Shown here piece after piece: positions 20,729 through 30,741 of a stretch of DNA of 64,000 nt. Source of the DNA: Chloroflexota bacterium. GTDB lineage: Bacteria; Chloroflexota; UBA6077; JACCZL01. The notes beneath the pieces are model-generated. The model ran no database searches, was not told the origin of the DNA, and worked only from the letters and a program-made list of their open reading frames with translations. Position numbers and translations under genes: made by a program. Location: positions 26,522-90,521 of the forward strand of contig JADZEM010000023.1 in the NCBI GenBank assembly GCA_020850535.1, read 5' to 3'. Numbering within the stretch: the stretch's first letter is position 1; each line of letters opens with the position of its first letter.

Positions 20729-21547
20729 TCAGCGCCGGCGGTCTCGCTCTTCGATCTCGCGCAGCAGGTCGTCGGCATCGAGGTCTGGCTGCGCGTTGTC
20801 CGCCTGGATATAGGCGTCAGATGGATCGACGCCGATGCTCTCCAGGCGCGAACGCAGCATCAGGGCGCGGTCCCGCAGGCCGTCCCAATCGGCCGGCCGG
20901 TCGCCAAGCTCGAACGGCAGATCGAGGTACTGAAGCGCCCGCTCGTCACCGGAGGTGCGGAACCCCTCGCGCATCTGCATCACTCGATACGGCGCGACGC
21001 CGTAGCACAGCACGTCGGAGACGATGTACCGTTCGATCTCACGGCGAGACAGCGGATCCAGATCCGTCAGGTTCGGGTCGCGATCCTCCATGCGGGTGGT
21101 GTCGTAGGCCTCGTCAAGCTCGTCGTCGTCGGGGTCATCGAAGATCGAGCGGCCTGCCGTGAGGCGCACGTTGTGCTCGCGAACACGCGTCAGCAGGGCA
21201 TCGGCGGAGGAGTTCGGGCGGCCGTCGAGGTAGGCGGAGGACAACTCGTCCTGGAATGCGCGCCAGTCGGCCGGCACCTCGCCGTGGACGAAGCGGCGGT
21301 CGAGATAGGCTGTCGCTTCGGCATCGTCCACGATCTCTTGCGACGTGTAGAGGTCGGCAACGTCGCCGGGCCGGACGCCGCCACGAACGGTAGACTCAGC
21401 CATGAACCGTCGAATGCGGTCGCTCGCGGCAGGGCTGAGATCGTCCAGGCCCCGCAAATGCGATGACGTGCCTTCGACATAGCCGCCGAAGACGGCGTCG
21501 TCGCCGTCACGCATGTCCGCTCGAATCTCGTGCTCGCTGTCGTTCAC
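20729..21547 (-). CDS. Hypothetical highly acidic protein
   Basis: 272 aa Asp/Glu-rich ORF with consistent codon usage. No recognisable motifs. Confidence 0.45.
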   Translation of the reverse strand: MNDSEHEIRADMRDGDDAVFGGYVEGTSSHLRGLDDLSPAASDRIRRFMAESTVRGGVRPGDVADLYTSQEIVDDAEATAYLDRRFVHGEVPADWRAFQDELSSAYLDGRPNSSADALLTRVREHNVRLTAGRSIFDDPDDDELDEAYDTTRMEDRDPNLTDLDPLSRREIERYIVSDVLCYGVAPYRVMQMREGFRTSGDERALQYLDLPFELGDRPADWDGLRDRALMLRSRLESIGVDPSDAYIQADNAQPDLDADDLLREIEERDRRR

Positions 21548-21709
21548 GCTGGTTCCGATGTCCGTTCTGCCGTGGTGGCGTTGGTCGAGTCCGCCTGATG
21601 CTCAAAACGGCTGCATTGGGCGCCGTATTCCCGTCTGCGAGCCGCCCGCTTCATTGAAGTTTAACGCGCGTGGGGACGGCAAGGGGTTCAGAGAGGGTTG
21701 TGAAGGCAT

Positions 21710-22774
21710 ATGGTACCCTCCGGCATGATGGACGAAACCCCGGTGGACGTGCTCGACCTCGCGGCGGTGGAGGCGGCGGCCTGCGACATTGTGATGCTGG
21801 CCGCCGCGACGTTGCGCGAGCGTTTCGCCGGGGGCATTCGGGCCGAGCAGGTCGAGTTCAAGGACAAGCAGCAGCGCGACCCCGTTACCGCTGTCGATCG
21901 GGCGATGGAAGCGCTGGTGCGGGGCGAGCTTCGACGCCGTTACCCAGCGCACGGGATCCTCGGCGAAGAGGGCACCGGCGACGCCATCACCAGCGAGTTG
22001 CTCTGGGTACTCGATCCGATTGATGGCACCGCGAACTTCGCGGCAGGTCTGCCCATGTACGGGCTGTCGCTCGGGCTGCTCCGCAACGGTGCGCCGATTG
22101 TCGGGGCCGTCTACGTGCCGTTCTGGCCGGTGGACGGCGGGGCGGTCCTGAGCGCATCGCTGGGGAACGGCGCGCGGATCGCCGGCAAGCGCATCATGCT
22201 CGACGCCGCCAGCTTCCGACCGGGTGGGCCGGTCGCGGTGCCGCCGGGCCTACGCGCCATGTTCTCGGTGACCGGCGAGCTGGCGAAGCGGCCCGGCGAG
22301 GCCAGAAACCTCGGGAGCATCGTCGCTGAGCTGGCGATGGTGGCGACCGGCGGCTTCCAGTACGCTGTCTTCGGCGGGCCGAAACTCTGGGATGTGGCCG
22401 CCGGCGCGCTGATCGTGCGGGAGGCCGGCGGCGTCTCGCTGACCTGGGAGGGCGGGCGCTGGCGACCGATTCAGCGTTTCCGCGTGCCGCGTGGCCGCCC
22501 TGGCAAGCCGCCGCCGACCCTGCGCGACTGGGTCCAGCCGGTCCTGGTGGCCGGGCCGGGCGCGGCGAGCCACGTCGGCGCTGGCCTCCGACCGCATCCG
22601 CGCCCCACGAAGGCCGTCCGCTGGCTGCTGAAGCAGCGCAAGACGGCGCTCGAGCTCGCAAAGAAGACCCGGGCGCGTTTGACAGGGAAGCCGTTGCCGG
22701 CGGCGGAAGCGAAGCCAGCCGGTCCAACATCCGCGCTGCCCCAGGACTCCTCAAGCGACTCGTCTGCTCGCTGA
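21710..22774 (+). CDS. Inositol monophosphatase family protein (SuhB/IMPase-like) with C-terminal basic extension
   Basis: IMPase motifs WVLDPIDGTANF and metal-binding EEG. The C-terminal 80 aa are Arg/Pro/Lys-rich. Confidence 0.75.
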   Translation: MVPSGMMDETPVDVLDLAAVEAAACDIVMLAAATLRERFAGGIRAEQVEFKDKQQRDPVTAVDRAMEALVRGELRRRYPAHGILGEEGTGDAITSELLWVLDPIDGTANFAAGLPMYGLSLGLLRNGAPIVGAVYVPFWPVDGGAVLSASLGNGARIAGKRIMLDAASFRPGGPVAVPPGLRAMFSVTGELAKRPGEARNLGSIVAELAMVATGGFQYAVFGGPKLWDVAAGALIVREAGGVSLTWEGGRWRPIQRFRVPRGRPGKPPPTLRDWVQPVLVAGPGAASHVGAGLRPHPRPTKAVRWLLKQRKTALELAKKTRARLTGKPLPAAEAKPAGPTSALPQDSSSDSSAR

Positions 22775-22795
22775 TCGGCTGCTACCCTTTCGCTT

Positions 22796-24016
22796 GTGCG
22801 GGATTGGCGTGCTGTCAACGGTCTGTTTCTCGTCTCCACCTTCCTCGAAGGGCTGGCATTCGGGCACACCACCGCCTACATGCCGCTCTTCCTGGCCGAG
22901 CTGGGCCTGACGCCAGCCGAGATCAGCGCCTGGACCGGCCTGCTCTACGCCGCGATGACGGCGGTGGCGTTCCCGCTCGCGCCGTTTTGGGGGGCCGTTG
23001 CGGAGCGCTACTCGCGGCGGCTGGTCATCGTGCGGAGCCAGTATCTCGCAGCGCTGGCCTACCTGCTGCTGTCGTTTGCGCCCAACGTCTGGGTGGTGCT
23101 GGTCGCCAGGATCCTGCTCGGATTGACCTTTGGAAACATCGCCGTCGTGATCGCGACCCAGGCCGCCTTCACGCCGAAGCACCACCTGGGGATGTCCATC
23201 GCCACCATCCAGGCCGCGATGCCGGTGGCCGCCAGCATCGGGCCGCCGGTCGGCGCGGTGCTGATCGAGGCGATCGGGCTGCGCGGCCTGTTTCTGGTCG
23301 ATACGTCGCTGGCGCTGATCGCCGCGTTGCTGGTGACGTTCCTGATGCCAGAGCCGGAGCGGCACAGTCGAACGACCTCGATCCTGGCGCGGACCGGCCA
23401 GACGCTGTCGCTGGTCTGGCGGCAGCGGGGCCTGCGCTGGAACTTCCTGTGCTGGCTGTTGAGCGTCGGGGCGCGAGCAGTCGTCGAAGTCTACCTGCCG
23501 GTCCGCATCACCGAGATCGCCGAGAACCCCGCGCCGGCTATCGGCTTCATCCTCGGCGTGAGCGGCATCGTGACGGCCGTCTCCACGCTCGCGACCTCGC
23601 GGCTGGTGGACGACCACGGCGGCATCCGCTGGTTCGTGCCATCGATGCTCCTGGCCACGGTCGTGACCTGCGGCATCGCCGTCGCACCGAACCTGTGGGT
23701 GCTGGCCGCGCTGACCTGGATCCGGGCGTTGCCGTTCGCCGCCGCCAATACGATCCTGTATGCCCACTTGACGCGGGTGGTGCCGCCAGTCGATCAGACG
23801 GCGGTGCTTTCGCTGACGCCGATGCCCCGCAACACGGCGATGTTCCTGTTCCCGATTGCTGCCGCCGCCATCGCGCCATTCGGGGTGTCGCTGGCCATCG
23901 GCGTGGGTGCGGCGGCCTACCTCGGCGCGGTCGTCGTCGGTTGGCTCACCGCCCGTGTGACGCCGGCCGAGATCGCCGCGCGGCAGCGCGCCCACGAGGC
24001 CGAGGTGGGCGCGTAA
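22796..24016 (+). CDS. MFS transporter
   Basis: 12 predicted TM helices and the MFS loop motif (ERYSRRLVIVRSQ). Confidence 0.8.
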   Translation: MRDWRAVNGLFLVSTFLEGLAFGHTTAYMPLFLAELGLTPAEISAWTGLLYAAMTAVAFPLAPFWGAVAERYSRRLVIVRSQYLAALAYLLLSFAPNVWVVLVARILLGLTFGNIAVVIATQAAFTPKHHLGMSIATIQAAMPVAASIGPPVGAVLIEAIGLRGLFLVDTSLALIAALLVTFLMPEPERHSRTTSILARTGQTLSLVWRQRGLRWNFLCWLLSVGARAVVEVYLPVRITEIAENPAPAIGFILGVSGIVTAVSTLATSRLVDDHGGIRWFVPSMLLATVVTCGIAVAPNLWVLAALTWIRALPFAAANTILYAHLTRVVPPVDQTAVLSLTPMPRNTAMFLFPIAAAAIAPFGVSLAIGVGAAAYLGAVVVGWLTARVTPAEIAARQRAHEAEVGA

Positions 24017-24040
24017 GCGCGCGGCACCGTGGCAGCATGC

Positions 24041-25663
24041 TCAGCCGGCCCTCCGCCGCACGATGCCGACGGCGAACGCCCTGAGCTCTGCCAGCTCAGA
24101 CGGCGACATGATGCGAATGGCGGCCAGCACGATCAGGTACGTCAGGCCGCCCGCCGCGATGCTCAAGGGCAGCGCGTACCACCCGCCGAGCGCCAGCACG
24201 GCGCGGACGAGCACCACCATCGCGCCGGCCGCCACCAGCGACTTCGCGACCACGATCCACGACGACCGCTCGACGGTGCCACGCGGCAACAACCGCAGCG
24301 CACCGACGATCATCAGCATTTCGATCAGCAGTTTGGCGACGGCGGCCCCGATCCCGCCCGCGCCCCAGGCCAGGTTGAACCCGACGATCAGCGCCGGCGT
24401 GACGATCAGGTGCAGGCTGCTGGCGACGACACTCGTCACAAACCACCGTCGTTCGTCCGCCAGCGCGATGAGCGCCGTCCCCAGGATCATCCCAACGGAC
24501 ACCAGGGGCGTGACCATCGAGATCAGCTCGATGAACGGGATCGCGGCCACGAAATCAGGAGTCCAGCCGAACGCCGACGGCACGGCCGGCGCGATGGCGG
24601 TGACGCCCGCGCTCGCGCCGAGCGTCACGACGACCGTAAGGTCGAGGCTACGGCGCAACGTGCTGCGAAAGGCGGCCACGTCATGCGCGACGCTGCTGAG
24701 GGCCGGCAGGAGCGGCGTGATCAGCAGCGTTGGAACGAAGAGGGCGATGTAGGCGATGCGCTCGGCGGCCGACCACCAGCCCAGCACCTCGACGCTCAGG
24801 CCCAGCCCGAGCAGCATGACCTCGGCGTCGCCACGCAGCCTCAAGACAAGCGCCATGCCGGCGAACGGCAGTCCCATGACCGCCAGCTTGTGCAGCTCAG
24901 GCAGCGAGACGCTGCTCCAGTCGAACTGAAGGTGGAGGCCGCGCCAGCCAATCGTCGTAACCACGGCGTTAACAACCAGCATGACCGTCAGCATTCCGAT
25001 CAGCCCAAACCCCCCCATCAGCGCGGCGATCAGCCCGACGGATGAGACAATGGCGCTGACGGCGGACAGCTGGGCGAACCGACCGAGCCGGTGCTGCCCG
25101 TTGAGGATCGAGAGCAGCAGGTTCTGCACGACCGTGACGACGACCCCCGCCAGCATCACTTCGAGCGTGTACGGCGGTAGATCGATCATCCCGAAGCCGT
25201 GAATCGCCAGTGCGACCGCCGCGCCGCCGCCGACCGCCAGGCCCAGGCTCAGGATCAGCGCTGCCGCCGATGCCTGGGTGATTCGGGCCGGCTCGGCGGC
25301 GATCTGGCGGGTCAGGACCGTTGGAACGCCGAAGCCGAAGATCGTGGCGCAGAGGCCGGACAGGGCCATGAGAATCGCCCACTGGCCCATCGTCACGCTG
25401 CCCATGTACTGGGGCATGTAGACGATCATCAGGAGCGACGACGCCCAGGTGAGCGGCTGAATCGTGAAGAGGGCCAGCGCGCCGCCCATCACCCGGCGGG
25501 TGGACGCCGACGCCGTGGCTGCTGACGCGGTGACGGCCGCCGGCCGCGTGTCTGACGGCTCGCCGCGGCGGTCCGCTAGCGACACGATGCTGCCCGAGGG
25601 CGGCGCGCCACGGGCCTCGCGGCGCGACTTACCATCTGAAAGTTCCCTGCGACTGGCGCTCAT
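24041..25663 (-). CDS. Polysaccharide biosynthesis protein / MOP-superfamily flippase (Wzx/MurJ-like)
   Basis: About 14 TM helices with Wzx-like organisation. N-terminal low-complexity segment makes the start uncertain. Confidence 0.7.
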   Translation of the reverse strand: MSASRRELSDGKSRREARGAPPSGSIVSLADRRGEPSDTRPAAVTASAATASASTRRVMGGALALFTIQPLTWASSLLMIVYMPQYMGSVTMGQWAILMALSGLCATIFGFGVPTVLTRQIAAEPARITQASAAALILSLGLAVGGGAAVALAIHGFGMIDLPPYTLEVMLAGVVVTVVQNLLLSILNGQHRLGRFAQLSAVSAIVSSVGLIAALMGGFGLIGMLTVMLVVNAVVTTIGWRGLHLQFDWSSVSLPELHKLAVMGLPFAGMALVLRLRGDAEVMLLGLGLSVEVLGWWSAAERIAYIALFVPTLLITPLLPALSSVAHDVAAFRSTLRRSLDLTVVVTLGASAGVTAIAPAVPSAFGWTPDFVAAIPFIELISMVTPLVSVGMILGTALIALADERRWFVTSVVASSLHLIVTPALIVGFNLAWGAGGIGAAVAKLLIEMLMIVGALRLLPRGTVERSSWIVVAKSLVAAGAMVVLVRAVLALGGWYALPLSIAAGGLTYLIVLAAIRIMSPSELAELRAFAVGIVRRRAG

Positions 25664-25855
25664 ATCCCGTCCGGCGAAGGCCGGCCTCGCCACGCTTCAC
25701 AACGAACGACGCGTGCTGGACGGGACTTCTCTCGGTCAGGGCCACGACACCTCCGGCATCGGAGCGGTGCGCTGGAATCGCACCTCGCTACTGTACCGCT
25801 CCGAGACGCTGGTACACTCCCGTTTTATGCGACGCCCGTACCGACTGCTGGCACG

Positions 25856-27394
25856 ATGACAGCCGACGCTGCCGCCGAACGTCTCACGCGCCGATTGCCG
25901 ACCCCTCCCGTCTGGCTGGTGCTGGCCGTCGTCGGGGTGGCGGCGCTCGGCATGCGGCTGGCATTCCTCCTGCGCGCGCCGGTGTTCATCATCGGCGACA
26001 GCGAGAACTATTTCTGGCCCGGTTACCAGCTTGCCCGCGAGATCGGATTCGATCTCGAACTGCGGCGAACGCCGGGCTACCCGCTGTTCATCGCGCTGGT
26101 GGTGCGGAGCGTCGGGGAAGACCTGGCGGCGCTGGCGTTGGTGCAGCACCTCCTGGGCGTCCTGCTCTGCCTGATCGTGGCGACGCTGGCGGTGCGCTAC
26201 TGGGGCCGCTGGACTGGTCTGCTCGCGGGGCTCCTGGTTGGCTTGAGCGGGCCGCTGCTGGTGGCCGAGCAGTACGTGATGGCCGAGACCCTGTTCATCC
26301 CGTTGGCGAGCGTCGCCGTCGGGTGGCTGGCGCTCACGCTTGAGCGTCCACGCTGGTGGAGCCTGTTCGCAGGCGGGCTGCTGATCGGCGCGGCGGCGCT
26401 GACCCGGCCGGTGGGGCTGGTGCTGGCCGTCGCCGTCGTCCTGACCGTTCCGGTCGCCGTCTGGCTGCGTCAGCGGGCCAGTGCGCCGTCCTCGTCGCTC
26501 GGGCGGCAGGTGCGGGCCGTCATGCCGCCATGCGTGGGGCTGATCGCCGCGCTCATCGGCGGGGTTGCGCTGGTGTGGGTGCCCTGGATGCTCCGAAACG
26601 CCGCCGTTCACGGCAGCTTCAGCGCCGAGGGCAACGCCGGCCAGACGCTGGTCGGGCGGGCCATGCGCCACGACAAGGGGTTCGCCTTCGAGAATCCGTC
26701 CGATCCGGACCCGGCCCGGCAGCGGGCGCGCGAGATCATGCGCGGTGGTCGCGGCGGCTTCGTCTCGCCAGTCCGCGACCGCATCAAGCGCGACCTCGGC
26801 CTGAACGACGCCGAGGCCAATAGGCTGATGCGCGATCTCGCGCTGGAGGCGATCCTGCGGCAGCCCGACTACTATCTGCTCGGGACCGTGCGTTGGTTCG
26901 CACAACTGGCCCAGGGATCTCCTGAGCGCTACCGCGACCACTGGCAGACCCGCAAGGACAGTGGCAGCCGCGAGGAGTGGGAATCGTTCAAGGATATCCG
27001 CCACCTGCTCGGACCGCCGTCGCCGCTCCAGGAACGCCAGTACGGCGAGGCCGAGGTGCTGATCTCCGTCTTCCAGTCATCGCGATACGGTCCACTGATT
27101 CCCCTGCTGGCGGCGGTCGGTGCATTGGGCTTGGCGCTCGGGGTCGGGGCGCGCGAGCGGCGGGTCGGCGTGGCGCTGTTCCTCGCGCTGGTGGTGGTCG
27201 GGCTGTTGGCGGCTGCCGTCGCGATGGTCGCGCCGCTGCCGCGCTACCGCTACCCGATTGAGCCGCTGCTCGGGCTGCTGGCGGCCGGTGGCGCGGCGAC
27301 CGTGGTCGGCGCCGCCCGGGCGGCTATCGGGCGCACACAGGCGGGCGGGGCCGGGCGTCGTCACACGGTCAGCACCGACGCCTCGCCGGCCTGA
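25856..27394 (+). CDS. Membrane glycosyltransferase, GT39/ArnT/PMT-like (dolichyl-phosphate-mannose-protein mannosyltransferase family)
   Basis: Multiple N-terminal TM helices with the family-typical RTPGYPLF loop motif, then a large soluble C-terminal region. Confidence 0.65.
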   Translation: MTADAAAERLTRRLPTPPVWLVLAVVGVAALGMRLAFLLRAPVFIIGDSENYFWPGYQLAREIGFDLELRRTPGYPLFIALVVRSVGEDLAALALVQHLLGVLLCLIVATLAVRYWGRWTGLLAGLLVGLSGPLLVAEQYVMAETLFIPLASVAVGWLALTLERPRWWSLFAGGLLIGAAALTRPVGLVLAVAVVLTVPVAVWLRQRASAPSSSLGRQVRAVMPPCVGLIAALIGGVALVWVPWMLRNAAVHGSFSAEGNAGQTLVGRAMRHDKGFAFENPSDPDPARQRAREIMRGGRGGFVSPVRDRIKRDLGLNDAEANRLMRDLALEAILRQPDYYLLGTVRWFAQLAQGSPERYRDHWQTRKDSGSREEWESFKDIRHLLGPPSPLQERQYGEAEVLISVFQSSRYGPLIPLLAAVGALGLALGVGARERRVGVALFLALVVVGLLAAAVAMVAPLPRYRYPIEPLLGLLAAGGAATVVGAARAAIGRTQAGGAGRRHTVSTDASPA

Positions 27395-27435
27395 CGGCCA
27401 GCGTTGCCCGACTCCTGACGCCTGACTCCTGGCTG

Positions 27436-28563
27436 CTACCCCTGCCTCATCCGCAGCTCGCTCCGGATCTGCAAGAACCGCATCACGTCGCTTCGACTCA
27501 AGATCCCGAGCAGCGTGCCGTCCCGATCCACCACCAGCAACTGGTTGATATCGCGCTGTACGATGCGCTCCAGCGCCTTGGTGACCGGCTCACCAGGACC
27601 AACAGCCTCAATCGGCGCTCGCGTCATGATTGCGCCAACCGAGTTGCGACCCCACTCGGCCTCGTCAAGCTTCTTGATGTCGGTGAGCGTGACGAGGCCG
27701 ACGATCTGTCCGTCCTGGGCCACCGGCAGCGCTCGCAGACCGCGTCGCAGGATGTACTCGTCCACCAGCTCGCGGACCGACAGCGCCGGCGCGATGAACG
27801 GCGGATCAGGAGCCATCACTCGAGCGACCGTGATGCCTCGGAAGCCCTCCTCCATCTGAACGTGGCGGCGGGTCGCCTCGGCGGCGCTGTTGAGGAACCA
27901 GCCGATGAACCCGATCCAGAGGCCGCTCAGGGCCGAGCCCTCGAAGATCAGCAGCAGCCCGTATCCGATGAACCCGAACGCGAGGATCTGGCCGACTACC
28001 GTGGCGATGGTCGTGCCACGGACCACGCTCCGGGTCGCGCCCCAGAGGATCGCGCGGAGCACCCGGCCGCCGTCGAGCGGGAAGCCGGGCAGGATGTTGA
28101 AGATCGCCAGCATCAGGTTGACGGTGGCAAGGTAGGAGACCAGCGCCCCGAGCGGCGACGTGGCGCTTGGGAGCGCCTGGAGCGCCAGCCAGCAAACGCC
28201 AGAGATCGCCAGGCTCGACACCGGTCCGACCACCGCCACCAGGAACTCGTCCTGGGGATCGTCAGACTCGCTGGCGATGTTGGACACGCCGCCGAAGATG
28301 AACAGGGTGATGCTGCTCACCACCAGCCCACGTGCCTGCGCCACTACGGAGTGGCACAGCTCGTGGAGCAGCACCGAGATGAACAGCAGCACTGCTGACG
28401 CCGCGCCGACCAGCCAGTAGGCCTCTCGGGACCAGCCAGGGTAGGTCATCGGGAAGTACCCGGCGGCCAGCGACCACGTCATCAGGACGACGGCGATGCC
28501 CCAGGTGTAGTGAACGCCAATCGGTATCCCACGAATCCGCGCGACGGTGAACGAGCTTTCCAT
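27436..28563 (-). CDS. Site-2 protease (peptidase M50) with tandem CBS domains
   Basis: HELCHS zinc-binding motif and NLMLAIFNILPGFPLDGGRVLRAIL (LDG motif), then two C-terminal CBS domains. In-frame ATG at 28563 (MESSFTV). The longer track ORF is rejected. Confidence 0.85.
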   Translation of the reverse strand: MESSFTVARIRGIPIGVHYTWGIAVVLMTWSLAAGYFPMTYPGWSREAYWLVGAASAVLLFISVLLHELCHSVVAQARGLVVSSITLFIFGGVSNIASESDDPQDEFLVAVVGPVSSLAISGVCWLALQALPSATSPLGALVSYLATVNLMLAIFNILPGFPLDGGRVLRAILWGATRSVVRGTTIATVVGQILAFGFIGYGLLLIFEGSALSGLWIGFIGWFLNSAAEATRRHVQMEEGFRGITVARVMAPDPPFIAPALSVRELVDEYILRRGLRALPVAQDGQIVGLVTLTDIKKLDEAEWGRNSVGAIMTRAPIEAVGPGEPVTKALERIVQRDINQLLVVDRDGTLLGILSRSDVMRFLQIRSELRMRQG

Positions 28564-28749
28564 GGCAAAGCTCCGCCGGCACGGCCCGTCCGCCCCAGGC
28601 GGCGCGCCTGCCTCCGAGTGCATTGTCGCACGGGGCAGGCCAGCCCAGGCAGCGTGCGCGCGAACCGGGCCGGCCGCCGTTCGGGCGGGGTATGGTGACG
28701 GCAACGCCGCGCCTCGGCCAGCCGCCGCGCGGCCCCTCGTGGGGAGACG

Positions 28750-29265
28750 GTGACCATGGACGTGCGAGCGCTTCAACGACCGCTCAAAGAGCAGTATCGG
28801 GCAGACCCGACCACGTCGCAGATCACGCTGACCGCGCGCGGCAGCCAGACGGACGCGCCGATCTCGTGCTCGGTCGATATCGGCCGGGCGATCTACGATG
28901 CCCAGGCCCACGCTGGCGTCGGCGGCGCAGGGACGGGCGCCTGCTCGGGTGACTTGCTCCTGGGCGCCCTGGCGGCCTGCGCTCAGATCACCTGCCAGAT
29001 GGTGGCGACGGCGATGGGCGTGCCGACGCGCCGGATTGAGGTGATCGTCGAGGGCGATCTCGATCTGCGCGGCACACTGGGCATCGCGCGGGATGTGCCG
29101 ATTGGCTTCTCCGAGATCCGCACCCGCTTCGAGGTCGATGCGCCCGACGCCACGCCCGAACAGCTGGCCGCGCTCGAGGAGAAGACCGAGCAGTACTGTG
29201 TGGTCATGCGGACGCTGCAGGAGACACCACGCCTGACCACCACCTGGACGGCGCCGCCCTCCTGA
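28750..29265 (+). CDS. OsmC/Ohr family peroxiredoxin-like protein
   Basis: OsmC-like conserved Cys pair (GACSGDLLLGALAACAQIT) and overall size. Confidence 0.7.
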   Translation: MTMDVRALQRPLKEQYRADPTTSQITLTARGSQTDAPISCSVDIGRAIYDAQAHAGVGGAGTGACSGDLLLGALAACAQITCQMVATAMGVPTRRIEVIVEGDLDLRGTLGIARDVPIGFSEIRTRFEVDAPDATPEQLAALEEKTEQYCVVMRTLQETPRLTTTWTAPPS

Positions 29266-29411
29266 TCGACGCCTGGGCCCAACGGTGGCATGGGGAATGC
29301 GTTCGACGTACGGCAGATGCGGTGGGAGAGGCGCCGCTCCCACCTTATTCACGTCGCACAGACCGCGTGTTCCGGTGCGCGTACGTCGCGCCATGCCTCT
29401 GGAGGCACCTC

Positions 29412-30008
29412 ATGGACAATCCTCTGGTCATCGTGCTGCTCGTGGCACTGGTGGCCGCCGTCGCGGTTGCTGCATGGCTCTTCATGCAGAAGAGACGGAC
29501 CGAACACTTGCAAGAGCAGTTTGGTCCCGAGTACCGGCGAACGGTCGCCGAGTCGCACGATCAGCGTGCCGCCGAGCGGGAGCTTGCACAGCGCGCCGAG
29601 CGTGTCGAGCATCTCCAGATTCGGGCACTGTCCCCGCGGGAGCGCGAGCAGTTCGAGAACCGCTGGCGCTCGGTGCAGGCCCAGTTCGTGGACGACCCGA
29701 GCGGCGCGACCAACGAGGCCGACGAGCTGGTCGGGCAGGTGATGGCGACGCGCGGCTATCCCGTGGGCGACTTCGAGCAGCGGGCCGCCGACGTCTCGGT
29801 GAATCATCCACATGTCGTGGAGCACTACCGCGCGGGTCACGCCCTGGCGCTGCGGAGCGCTCGCGGCGACGCCGACACTGAGGACCTGCGTCGGGCCTTC
29901 GTGCACTTCCGTGCGCTGTTCGAAGATCTGCTCGATATCTCAGCCGACGAGCACGATGTCCGGGCTGACGCCCGCCGTCGTGACACGCACATGGAGGTAC
30001 GATCGTGA
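29412..30008 (+). CDS. Hypothetical membrane-anchored protein; paralog A of a tandem pair
   Basis: N-terminal TM (LVIVLLVALVAAVAVAAWLF) then a coiled region. The C-terminal block FENRWRSVQAQFVDDPSGATNEADELV...TEDLRRAFVHFRALFEDLL is shared with the next gene. Confidence 0.5.
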   Translation: MDNPLVIVLLVALVAAVAVAAWLFMQKRRTEHLQEQFGPEYRRTVAESHDQRAAERELAQRAERVEHLQIRALSPREREQFENRWRSVQAQFVDDPSGATNEADELVGQVMATRGYPVGDFEQRAADVSVNHPHVVEHYRAGHALALRSARGDADTEDLRRAFVHFRALFEDLLDISADEHDVRADARRRDTHMEVRS

Positions 30009-30526
30009 CCGAGCTTTCCACTGCCGATCTCGCCGGCGGCATGCGGCCTCGCCCCCAGCAGACCGTGCCGGCAGACCGCCCCGACCTGGACGACGACCGC
30101 TCCGATCTGGGAATGCAGCCGGGCATGCGCGAGCCTCGCCACGACGCGGCGACGGACGGCGCATCCGGGACGGCGAGCACCCGAAGCCAGTCGATGCCGA
30201 CGCGGTCGTCAACGCTCGCCAACCCGGCCGCTACGGATGGCGCCGACACCGACGGGGCGGAGCCGCTCTTCCCGACCGGCGAGGCGGAGGGATTCCGCAG
30301 CCGTTGGACCGAGGTGCAGACCGGCTTCGTGGACGAGCCGCGCCACGCGGTGGAGCAGGCGGACTCGATGGTCGCCGAGATGATGCAGCGGCTTGCGCAC
30401 GTGTTCGCCGAAGAGCGCGCGAAGCTCGAAGAGCAGTGGAGTCGCGGCGACGACATCTCGACCGAGGATCTGCGGCAGGCCCTGCGGCGCTACCGCTCGT
30501 TCTTCGACCGCCTGCTGCAGGTCTAG
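30005..30526 (+). CDS. Hypothetical protein; paralog B of a tandem pair
   Basis: C-terminal block FRSRWTEVQTGFVDEPRHAVEQADSMV...TEDLRQALRRYRSFFDRLL aligns with the upstream gene. 4-nt overlap suggests co-translation. Confidence 0.5.
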   Translation: MTELSTADLAGGMRPRPQQTVPADRPDLDDDRSDLGMQPGMREPRHDAATDGASGTASTRSQSMPTRSSTLANPAATDGADTDGAEPLFPTGEAEGFRSRWTEVQTGFVDEPRHAVEQADSMVAEMMQRLAHVFAEERAKLEEQWSRGDDISTEDLRQALRRYRSFFDRLLQV

Positions 30527-30741
30527 ATCCTCGGAAGCGCCATCGTGGCGCAGGGCAACCCTGGCGAGGCTCTGAGGCGCGACGTTCCCACCAGGGAGCG
30601 TCGCGCCTGTCGATGGCCGCTGTTTGACGCACTGATCTCCCGCCATGCGCGCTGGCACGCCGTCCGCACTCCTCGCAGGCGATCGGCTATCGTGCTGGGT
30701 ACTGGGCAACGGTCTGCCCACGCTCCAGAGGGGGGAGTCGC

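Noticed and set aside
22751-25045. Minus ORF 22751..23995 (414 aa), plus ORF 22804..24084 (426 aa) and plus ORF 24029..25045
   Set aside because: They overlap the MFS transporter or the flippase in antisense or alternate frames. Translations are Arg/Gly/Asp/His-rich without TM helices or motifs, whereas the chosen frames give clean multi-TM proteins.
25736-27004. 422-aa minus ORF opposite the GT39-like gene
   Set aside because: Antisense to the GT39-like gene. Composition is low complexity and rich in Arg/His/Pro/Gln.
27436-29394. 652-aa version of the S2P/CBS protease ORF
   Set aside because: The N-terminal 276 codons are Arg/Ala/Pro-rich read-through. ATG at 28563 begins the conserved M50 membrane domain.
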